Shown one piece after another: positions 50,430-61,800 of a stretch of DNA of 64,000 nucleotides (positions are counted from its first letter, which is position 1; each line of letters opens with the position of its first letter). Under the pieces are notes generated by a model that was given only the letters and a program-made list of their open reading frames with translations, did not search any database and had not been told where the DNA came from. Both the position numbers and the translations under genes were made by a program. Source of the stretch: Leptogorgia sarmentosa (taxonomy: Eukaryota). The DNA lies in the NCBI GenBank assembly GCA_964658305.1, contig OZ210885.1, positions 17,732,001 through 17,796,000 of the forward strand, in the 5' to 3' direction.

Positions 50430-53400
50430 GTTTGAACCGGACAAGGTATGCGACTCTGCGATACTATATTTGGAGTTTTGATCCATATATGGTTCGTCAT
50501 GTGATGGCGCGTGCAAATGCAGAACACAAACACAATATAAACATAGATTAAGTAATATAAATTATGTTACTTAATCTATGATATAAACATTCAAATTTCA
50601 AACACAAGGTAAGATGATTATTTATTTATTTAAACAATAAAATGCAGAATTGGTTGAATTAACTGATTTAATTGTTTAATTTTAAAGATTTTTAGAAGTG
50701 CATTGGATCAGTTAATTCGCATGCTTGTTCTATTACATCCTCGAAAGCGATTCGGATCTACAAGGATAAAATAGACCAGTTTAACAATGCCCATAGATAT
50801 ACCCATTATCGAAATACAGTTGTTTTAGGCCTATGTAGATATACACTTGCGTCAGTATTTGGTGTACTTCACACGTGCTGTGATGCATGCATCTAGTGTA
50901 GAATGTAGATCCGGCGTTTATTTATCCAGAAAAACAAACAATTGTGCAACGACTGGATTAGTATTCTCCTTCATCGTCATTGAACGCAATTATAACCGAT
51001 TTATAACTCTTTCATTTTAGATTATGCATGTCCTATACTCAGCAGTCGGCCTGCACGACAAATAATGTAGATACTATTTTGTATCAATACATTAAAATAC
51101 ATTGTAAATTTAGTGTTAAAATTGTTTACTAGTTTTAATGCTATCCAAAGTCATACCAAATATAATGCAAGACTTGATTTTAGGAAATATTATTAACAAT
51201 TATTTTTAATAAAATTGCTGTATTATGTGTGTGCCGCATTGCTTTATCGTCTCTGAGCTAAAGGCCCAAAGCGGTGTTATGGCTGTAAACCTGGAACCAG
51301 CGTACTACTTTCGCAAGGTTGTACTACTCTATTATAATTAATTTAATAACTAAGTTTCTTCTCTACCAGTAGACGCATGTACACCACAGCGTACCTATTT
51401 TTGTCTATTGTGCTAATCAGCATCTTACGAACATTCTCAGATACAAACAGTGTGTACATAACATAAAAATACACACCCTATAATATTAAAGGCCTTCAAT
51501 GAATTGATCAGCATTGATTTGCATCTAATTACGTATTAGATATAAAGCATTTGCTGATGTTTGAATTTCATTCAGCTTTATTTAGATTAATGCTGCGGAT
51601 GTAAAGGTATGCCGTTTATTAATGTTGATGCCTTTTGTGTCAATGCTGCCACTGCCACACACTGCATTCTGAATGTTTTGGCCAAGGGTTCTCTAAAATC
51701 TTAAAGCAAACAAAAATCATCCTACTATAAGTCAGTTGTCTAAATCTTATACAATTGAACTGTTTGTTGCTATTTAACTCTGTTATAGGTGTTGTGATCT
51801 TTGAGCGACTATACACGTTCAAGTACATGCAATGCTGCACAGAATGTCAAGTTGTAACAGACTTTTTTTAACAAATTTTAAGATTTGAATAAATAAATCA
51901 TAATTGCATTTATGTACATGATGGTTCTATTAATTTTAATAGACATAATATTGTATCTATTTAATTGAAATTCCAAAAAGAATGACATCACAGCCCATAT
52001 TTCTAAGGCTAATATGTTTCAACATTGCAATGCCAAAATGTAATTAACATATTGTCCTACATTTGCCTGAATTTTCTTTAGTTTGTTGAATATTAGTGAA
52101 TTAATGAACATGAATTTAACCTATGAACATGAATTGTTCACGCAATGAGCTATCCATGGATCGGTCATGATTTATGGCAGATGTAGAGGTGTGGGCTGAG
52201 GAGAAAATGTTTTAAAGGGGAAGTCAGGGTTCAACAAATTGCACTCAAATGAAAGATCATACATTGTCTACCTCGCATATAAAAAGCGTTGAAATTGCTA
52301 AAATTTACATATTGTGTTGCCGCCATAGTGATAGTATATGTCTGAGAGAAGCCGCGACCATGCAGCGGCTTCACTTCGTGACGTCAGCAGTAATATAGGT
52401 ACCGATCGAGCCTTTTTTTTGAGGTGGTGCGAGGCTATGTGAGGTGGTGCAAGGCTGCGCAGGGGTGCGCATGCGTATTGAGGCTGTGAGCTCATTAGAA
52501 TATCGTGCTCTGATTGGTTGATCGGGATACGTGTCTTGTATTGTCATTCTGGATAATATGTTTGAACAGCAACGCTCGTCTTTACAATTCGGATACGTGT
52601 CTGATTGTGTCCTGATTTCTTTACGATTCGGATACGTGTCTGATCATGCTCTGATTGGTCGAACAGCGTTACGTTATGGCATAAAACTATAAACATTTAC
52701 CACCAAGTCTACATCAGTCTTTACCTGTCAACCGGCAACACAGCTATTCCTTTCGAGAAATTTATTTTGAGATATGGCCAAACAACATCAAGAAAGTATC
52801 TGGTAAGTTCTAATGCACTGTATTTGCTTTTGATTTTAACAGTATTAAGAGTATGGTTTTTTACTTTAGGAGAGATCAATTTATGGAAGATCTTGAGAAT
52901 GAAGAACTAAATCATGAACTTTGTGCGTTGGCAGTGGACGACATGTTCGAGTCTTGGTCGCCTGAAACCCAAGAGCAAGTTCTTGTCGAATGGAATGATT
53001 GGGAAGACCCAGCCAGGTCTGACCATTATTGTAACGAGGCGTGGTCGAGAATTTACACGCGCTAGCACCTTGAAGCACCATATCAAGCGTGTACATACTG
53101 GGGAGAAGTTGTTTACTTGTGAGACATGTGATAAGAGTTTCACCACAGTCGATGTGCTAAAGCGCCATGAGAAAGTCCATCAGGAAAAAGCCTTTGAGTG
53201 TGATAAATGCCACAAGAAATTTGATCGCAAGGTATGATCTGGTTACAGATTTGTTCACATAAATTTTCATTTGAATTTTGCTAACGTGTATTATTTTCTG
53301 TTACCAGGATAACCTTAACAGGCATTTGAAAATGCACAAGCGACGAGGAGCCGAACGTGAATATACGTGTGATATTTGTGGTGAGGTGTTTCGAAATATA

Positions 53401-53489
53401 TTCCCGCTACAAGCTCATCAACGAAATGTGCATCAGGTTGGTGGTGGAAAACGGAAGAGGACAACAACAACCCGAGTAAACCAAGGTAA

Positions 53490-56400
53490 GGCCAAAAAAA
53501 AAAATATGTGTGTTTCCGGTTTCCCGACCCTACCTAGCTTTTGGGACCCGAAATATCCGACCCTAAACTTTTTACTGAATAGATTTATCAGGTTTTGATG
53601 TAAATGAAGCGATTCTGTTGGAGAAAGATTTGAAGAACTATTTTTATTAAAGTCGAAAGTTTTTGTTTGGTCAGCGGTAAGGCCAACGACACAGTCGAAT
53701 ACTTCAAGTACCTCCAGCGTATCAATTTAAACATGGCGTCTGGATGTGATCCCGGAACTGTGCTCCAAATTAGCATTAAAAAATGCGATCACTCAACCGA
53801 AAAAAATATATTTGCTTCAATCGCAAATAGATCCTCAATGTTGGATATATTTGAGCGTTATCATGGGCATGCAGACCTTGTAGAATACGATATTTCCATT
53901 GCAACTGAAACTAAGAAAGCGGACAACACCACAAGTATGTTTGAAATCCAGTCTGGTTTGACAGTGGCTGATCTGATCTCGAAGTTCGAGATAAAGAACT
54001 TGGTTTTCTCTTGCAAACGTAAAGAAGCTACTGCCACTGGGTGTCAGGGTGTCGGACAACGTGATTATAACGCGGGAAACAAACTGAATGCATTTGATAA
54101 ACTGATGGCGCCGAAGAGAAAACTGCCACCACGTAGACAAAGCAGGTGGGTGAAATATTCAATACATCTGAATAGTACGAGGAAATTATTTTATAATATT
54201 TGTATTATATGTATAATTCATAGCTATAACAAGCGTTGTATTGACTTCTTCCTGTCCTGTTGTAATTTTGCAGTTCTGGTGTTAAACAAGGTTTATCCAG
54301 AAAAGATGAGATTTACAATGCTGTTGTTGACAAGTTTGAGGAAGAACTGCTAGATTTTCCAAAACAATATGCAGAAACGGATGGCAAATATTTTGTCCAG
54401 GTAGTCTTTTGTATAATATGTCTGGTTTAAGGATGTGCTGGGGGCATGTGCAGTCACCCTAACTTTAGCCAGGCGGTGCAGACTGGAGTGCAATTTTTCA
54501 TGTCAGATATTATTTAGCAAAAAACATTGAGAGACAAAGTGAGAAACAGTCGTTTGACCCATTAAATTAAAAATGACATTCAAATTGAATGAACAGTGAA
54601 CAACATAACTGGTAAGTGGTTAGTTGTCAACTGTCAAGCATGAAAATAATATATTTATTATTAAATTTATTTTTATTTAATTATATTATTTATTTTTATG
54701 CAATTTCAGACAATTACAAATGCCCTTTGGTGTATCACTAACCATCACATGACAATAAATGATGCAGCTTTGAGAAGGAAAGAAGTTCTTCCTATTCCAC
54801 CAGCATTTCAAAAATTTGAGGGCTATGATGAAAGACGGAGGAAGAAACTTAAATCTGTTCAATTATCTAGTATCGAACTCAATAGCCATAGTCAAGTTTT
54901 GTATAGCTTACTGCAGAAACCTGTCATCAACAGTTCATCAAACTGGAGAGCATTTGGAGAAGAAATTAAGCAACTTGCCAGCTGTTTGCATGCATACCAT
55001 GAATACCTAGAAGCACAGAAGATAGTCCAACAAGAAAATCAAGCCCAGCCTCACCCAGTAAGAACCATTGCTGATGATGCAACCATTGAAAATAGACGGA
55101 GAAGTAATTTTGAAGTGAAGGAGAAATATCTTTTGCTAGACAAAGCTATACAAAGTGCTGGAGAAAATGTTCCAGTGTTGTTTGATGAATCAGTCCACTT
55201 AATATCTCCATTCAAAAGTAATCTTCAACGATTTAAGTTTTCCAAGAGTTACATTTGTCAGTTCCTGTTGATATTCTGCGCTTTAGTCCAGGAGGGTCTA
55301 CAATTTCTACAGCGTGCCTTGTTCATGTTAATGAGAACAGACCCCAGTCACAATTGCTTACTGACGGGGCGCAGCTTCTTCAGAAAGTCCGTCCACTGTT
55401 GAAAGAATACCACACAAGATGTCAACGACAAGTCTTTAAAGCCAAGCTAAAGAATGTAGCACGAGTTCTTCCATCGGTTGCTGACCTTATTTACAAAGAA
55501 CTGACTCTCGATGCAAGTGCAGCAGCCCATCCTGAAACACAGGAGAGACTACGGTTAATTTTCCTCGGGGAGTCTGACCTTATTGCAGACTTGAGGCATT
55601 TGAATCCTGGTCGGCCAAGCCATACATTTGACAGGTTCTTTGAAGTGTTAGAGAAGATGGTCGAGGACATATCAGCAGCTGATGAACGACGGCACAACAT
55701 TGCTTATCTTTCGGAGTTCATTTCATTGGATGAGATGATTGAAAGAGCACAACAGCAATGTCCAGAAGGTACACCAATACCGTCAAAAAGCTTGGTGCGC
55801 CTTCAGTTTTCTCCAAGAAACCCATACAGCCATGCTGCTCTGAATTTTACTTCGAAAATCAAAGTACAATACAAAATACAGAGAAGGCAACTTCGAGCAG
55901 CACACCCAGATGACCATTATTGTGCAGCTCAGTTGAAGTACCTCAAGGAAAAGGCCATTGAAATGAAAGAAACCACCAGTCTCTTGTTCTGTGATGACAA
56001 AGCCAAAGTACCTGTTGGAGAACCTGGTACTGCAGTGTCAACAGGTGTAAGAGGAAGGATGAGCATTGTCCCAGCATCCACCACTCTCGGAGCCCTTGAT
56101 CATGATATGCAGTCAAAAGCATCTCTTGTACCCTCTGTTACACTAGAGTGCAATATACCAGATGCAGTAGGTGAATCCTTTGTACGAGGTCAAGTTCATA
56201 CAGCCGTCAACGATGCAGTCTTCCAAGTAGCCTCTGGTTTTAGACATGCAGCAGCCACCGTAAGGCTGATTAAAGGAAAGCAGCAGCCCCCACCAGTAAT
56301 AATGAAGTTCACAGATGGTGGTACAGATCAAAGAAATAATTTGGAGCTGGTAAAATGTGCCTCTATTGCCATCTTCAAGGAACTGAACCTTGACATGTAC

Positions 56401-57929
56401 ATCTTGGCCAGATGTGCACCAGGCCATAGCTGGATCAATCCTGCTGAAAGAATCATGTCCATCCTAAATTTGGGATTGCAGAATATTTCACTTGAGCGTC
56501 AACAAGGCTCTGAAGCCACAGAAAAAGCCCTGAAAGATTGTAAGAGTATGAAGGATATCAGAAAACTGGCAGAAAAATCTCCAGTGATGAGAAATGCATG
56601 GGTAGAATCAGTGATGCCACCAAGGTCCATCATTGAAAGCCGCTTCTCTCGACTGAAATTAAAAGACAAGCCTATTAATGTCGAAGACCCTGTTTCAGAA
56701 GATGATGTCAATAAATTGATCAGCCAGATATCAGAAATGTTCCCAGATCTGGATGTCACCAAGCTCCAGAAAGCCCACACCAAGAAAAGTGTGTCCTACA
56801 ACAGATGGAAAGAAGAACACTGCAGAGAGAGGAAATACACGTTTCAGATCAAAAAGTGTAGCAACAGAAAGTGCTGCTTGCCATCCAGATTGCCTTGTGA
56901 GATGCTGAAGTGGTTGCCAGATCCTGTACTGGCTGAAGATGGAGATCATTTCAAGAAGTGTGATGAGGTAACAATTTTAATTTCACATTTTAGTGAAGTC
57001 AGGACAAACTCATTTGTTATTTTTATCAATACTATTATATATTTTATATTAAAGGTCAAAGATACTGAAACAACAGAAAAAGATTGTCCATCGCTAGTAG
57101 TGGCTCAAAAAAAGAAGAAAAGTGCCCCAGCGAAACAGGCTCCTGTGCAAGTTACATCCAATGTTGAAATGCCAGTTACAGATGCTGAAGTGACAGAAAG
57201 CTTAGCAGGTACAAGTCCTGTTGTAGCACCTCAATTTGCTCCTTCAACAATGACTTCAACCCAGAATGCTAGATTCCTAGTGACTTGTGTAGAGTGCAGA
57301 AAACCAAGAGTACTCTACTCATTGCACAAGCTAACTGAACGGCAAAAAGTCTCACTAGTGGTTTCCATGAGTGAGTACGACTACACCTGTGGAGCACCTG
57401 TGCTTCCCCCAAGCAATGCCTTGAGTAGGAAAGTTATGGTCAGAGCATCCCTTACATGCGCAATGCCAGTAGAAATACCATACTATGGTTCGGAACTAGG
57501 GAGAAGAGATATCTGTGCCCTCTGTGCTGCTGAGGAGGCAGAAACTGATCAGGAACTGAAGAAGAAATACAAGACTGTCCTTCCAATTTGCATTGCATGC
57601 AAAGAAGAGGGAAAGACACCAGTACTCCAACGTCCGTTTGGGAAAAATAACTAACACGTTTATGGTATTAATACCAGGATGAAATAAAAGTTTGTGATGC
57701 GTTTATAGATTAATACCAGTATGGCAGTTTGTAATGTTTTATTAAAGCCATATTAAACTATGCAAAAGTTTGCATTTGAGTCAAGTTGTGTGCAACTTAT
57801 ATTACTGTATGTTCGAATGTCATATATCTAGCTCTAAAAAAAAAGTTCAAAAAAAAAATTAAATCCGACCTACCCTACCTAGCTTTTTACAGGAAGAAAT
57901 AGGAAACACACATATTATTTTTTTTGGCC
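53490..57929 (+). mobile_element. Zator DNA transposon, both ends present
   Basis: TIR GGCCAAAAAAAA..ATATGTGTGTTTCC / GGAAACACACATAT..TTTTGGCC; 3-bp TSD TAA; subterminal CCCTACCTAGCTTTT direct repeats. Confidence 0.88.
53733..57654 (+). CDS. Zator transposase, about 4 exons, one frameshift near 55240
   Basis: DDKAKVPVG, ALDHD, TDGGTD, RCAPGHSWINPAERIMS and a Cys-rich C terminus. Confidence 0.85.
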
Positions 57930-58845
57930 TAAGTAAAAAGAGTCAATGACATCGTTGAAACAGTTTATCGAATTGTAAACTTTTTTCTCTGTAGGGACAT
58001 CGAGCGGGCGAGTTAGTGGTCGTAAACGCAAGGCAACCGACGCCACATCGGCCCAGACAAAACGAGCTTGAGTAAACGAAGGTTAGTGTAAAAATTGTGT
58101 GTTGACACTATTGAAATATTTGTTTTTCTTATAGGAAATTTATAAAGTTAAGGCAAATTTACCGTGTGTTTGAAAAATAATTCTTTGTTTCCTAGGGACA
58201 TCGCCTACCATTCCACCGAATCAGTTTCCTCAAGATCCAATCTACCCACCACCCGACCTTCCTTCAACACTTCATCGACAAAAATGGCGCACCATCCAGA
58301 CTAGACAAAGTCGTGGCAATCAAGTTCAGGACTGGTATAATTATCACCTAAGCTCCTTGAATATGGCTGAACTTGTTCAGGATGTTGAACACATATTCCA
58401 AGACCAAACGACCGTTTTTAAACTGAATCTGTCGTTTGGTTTTGTGCTATTCAATAACGATACAGAACAGATGCAGTATCACCATTCGTCAGCCAATAAC
58501 AACCGGGTATTCGAGGCACCGTTTTTGGTTCGCAGTCGTGAGGATTTGGAACAAATTCGGTCAGCACTAGAAAATCTGGATGTTTTTGAATGGGCTCGCC
58601 AACAATGTCCCAACTCCAAGTGGGTGGTTGCGGATATCCCTAACGCCACATTCTACATGACAAAACTTCGCAATCATCCCATTGGACGTAGCACTCGTTC
58701 ACCCAAATACGTGTTAGAAAATCCAGCTGTTGTTTCCCTAGACTGTAGTAAGCAAACTGGTTTACCGTACGAAGACAAACTGTGTATCGACTCGTGGAAT
58801 GTGAGGACGAAGATAGTGAGAAAATCAAGATCGTTGCACAACTTA

Positions 58846-61800
58846 TAGAGCAGCAGCCCAGAGCACTTTGATCAAACGAGCTGGGTACCAACAATTGGGT
58901 GCAAGAGCATCTAATATGGGTCGGCACTAGATCATGGTGACCTTACGCACACATCTGCGTCTGCTATACATTCACGTCAGCGGTGATAGAAATTTCTTTT
59001 AGCGTATTCACAAAATAAACAAGTCCCAAACCATAAATCTGACCCTAACCACCAGTCCCGAACCATAACCAAAGGTTAGGGTCAGATTTATGGTTTGGGA
59101 CTTGTTTATTTTGTGAATACGCCAAAAGAAATTTCTATCACCGCTGACGTGAATGTACAGCAGACGCAGATGTGTGCGTAAGGTCACCATGATCTAGTGC
59201 CAACCTCTAATATGTGATTCAGTATGACCAAAAATGAATGTCTGCCGGGGATCCCCTGCTGCACGTGGCCCAGGAGTCTCTGCGAGCAGCTGCTCGAAAA
59301 TGGCTAGGTCAAACGTTTGAGATACCAAATGAAATGAAGATAAAACAAACAGTTGTACTTTGCTTAATACATAAATGTTTACACAAGACAAATTGCCTGC
59401 TGCATTAAGCAAACCAGACAGCCTTGAAAGCAAGATCGCGAAAACATTTGGTAGGCTGAAATGAAGTAATATGTGTTGTATGTCAGCGTACTACAAAATG
59501 TGCAGGCTCATGCGACAAAATGGCCGCCCACTGAGCGTGGAAAGTGAAAAGGTGAGTTTATATGAGTTTATACTAGCTTTACTATGGAAAATTAACACAG
59601 ATATTGCAAAAAATAAAATTTTCTTAGCATTTACTACTATGAATTGCATGTTTTTCTTGCGCTTAACAGAAAACGCTCAATCAATTGGAAAAAATGAAAC
59701 CGTGAGATGCTGAAATGGCGAAAAGTATTTATAATTTTAATATTACATAGTTCATTAGCATTTGGCATAAATACAAGCCTCTAATGCGATTCATTATACC
59801 TTTTGTACACAGCTTTTCATATATTTTAGAACATTCATTAATTGTGAATGTTTAGAAAATGTTGTGCTCTTTGAATTTTCATCTTTTTCATGATATGATA
59901 TAATCAAATTAAACTCATTAATTATGCTACATTTTTGTAGCATATATTTTATGTAATTACTTGGCCAAAAAACAACCGAACAAAAAACCCTTTTTTCTTT
60001 GTCTCTCAGTCTCAGCCTAAATGGATTGTCAAGACTTCCATGACCATGATCATGGAACATTAAATGAGGTACAGTATGATATGCTATGACCATGATATTA
60101 TAATGATTATGTATATTGATGATCAAAGTCAAACATACTGTAACTGATCTAGCAATGAAACTGGTATTTTTAAGGAAACAAACGTGATATTAAACAACGA
60201 GAACCATGACATTGTAAGTTATGAGGCACCCAATCACGTAAGTATTGTACAACCTTTGTTAATGTTCGCTTTATAAATTCCAAATGAAAACAAAACCGTA
60301 ATTTAATAAATGAATTAAATATTGTAGCTTTTTATATTCAGGAAACGCAGGTAACTACAATAGAAAACATAAACCCAAATGACGTGGATATCGATAAAAA
60401 TGGACATGAATGCATGATTTGCAAGAAACAGGAGAAGGATGAGGCATTAAAAATGTTTGTGAGCAAAACATGGGGGACACTAAAAAAGGCAGCAGAGTAC
60501 AGGCTTGCACTGAAGACGGATTGCCACAGAGAAACAACAATAGAAGTTAACATGCAACAACAAATGAATAATGCAATGTACCACTCCAAATGTTACAGAA
60601 ATTTTACAGCTGTGAAAAACCTTCCACAGGTTCCAAGGATTGTCCAGTCTCAAAAACGATACAAACTCGGCGCAACTCTTCCATGCCTTCATCAAACACA
60701 GATGGTTTATTAAAGGGCTCTTGTATATTTTGTAATGCCGTGCGCAAAACTATCAACCGGAAAGTGGAACCGCTGTCAGATTGTCTTACGAAAGGCGGTT
60801 GTGAAAGCATCTATGCAGCAGCTGCAAAAGGCAACAACGAACGAATCAAAGCATTAGCAAACAATGCAGTAGATCTCATCGCCAAAGAAGCCCAATATCA
60901 CAAGTCCTGTCGCCGTCAGTTTTTCAAACAGGTTGAAGGGGCTACACTGGAAAGAAAAGAAGTTTCAAATAGGCAAATGCATTCCACGACCTTTGACACA
61001 ATATCAGCACTGATCGAAGCGGATGTCATTGGTAAAAACAAAGCAATGTTATCAACCTCTCTTTTTGATTTGTACAAGTCAGAATTTGTTAATGCAGGCG
61101 GAACAACAGACGACATTGAAAGCTACACGGCGCAAGCATTGATGAAAAAGGTAAAGGAAAAGTTTGGAGAAAATATTTTGATATCCTTATATGATCATCG
61201 AAAAGGAAATTTCATTTACAGTTCTACGATGTCTGATGGTGAGGCAAGATTAAGTATCCAAAGCGATGACGATCTCCATCTGATTCGTGCTGCAGCTCTT
61301 CACATTCGGGGTAAAATACAAGCAATGTCCAAATCGGTAACACCGACGCCGACATCTGTAGAGACACTCAAGTCTTGCTCACCTGATTTACCACCAGAAA
61401 TATTGTTGTTTTTTAAAACAGTCCTTTGTGGTCTTCAAGAACCTTCTGGTGTCGAGAACAACGAAGTTCTTATCAGAAAGGTCCTGGCCATGTCATCAGA
61501 TGCAGTGTATAATGCATCAAGAGGTACGGTGAAGCCCTGGAAGCACACATTACTTGGTCTGGGACTAGGGACATTAACTGGATCCAAACTTGTTCTTCGC
61601 GTCTTGAATCGCCTGGGATACATCGTTAGTTATGACGAAGTGAAATCATTAGAAACTGAGTTCGCATTTTCAGTAGAGGCTAACGATCAAGTTTCCCCAG
61701 ATGGCCTTGGACTCAGTCCTGATCGCGGAACCGGACTTGCCTGGGATAATTATGACGTTAACATGGATACTATTGATGGAAAAGACACCCTTCACGCTAC

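Larger units (their letters stand above)
52773..58845 (+). pseudogene. Spliced C2H2 zinc-finger gene continuing into a Polinton/Maverick-type polB N-terminal region; split by Zator, truncated by Academ
   Basis: About four C2H2 fingers (HTGEK linker) and QVGGG; after the insertion FKLNLSFGFVL..PNSKWVV..HPIG..YEDKLC; GT-AG introns; frameshifts. Confidence 0.6.
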
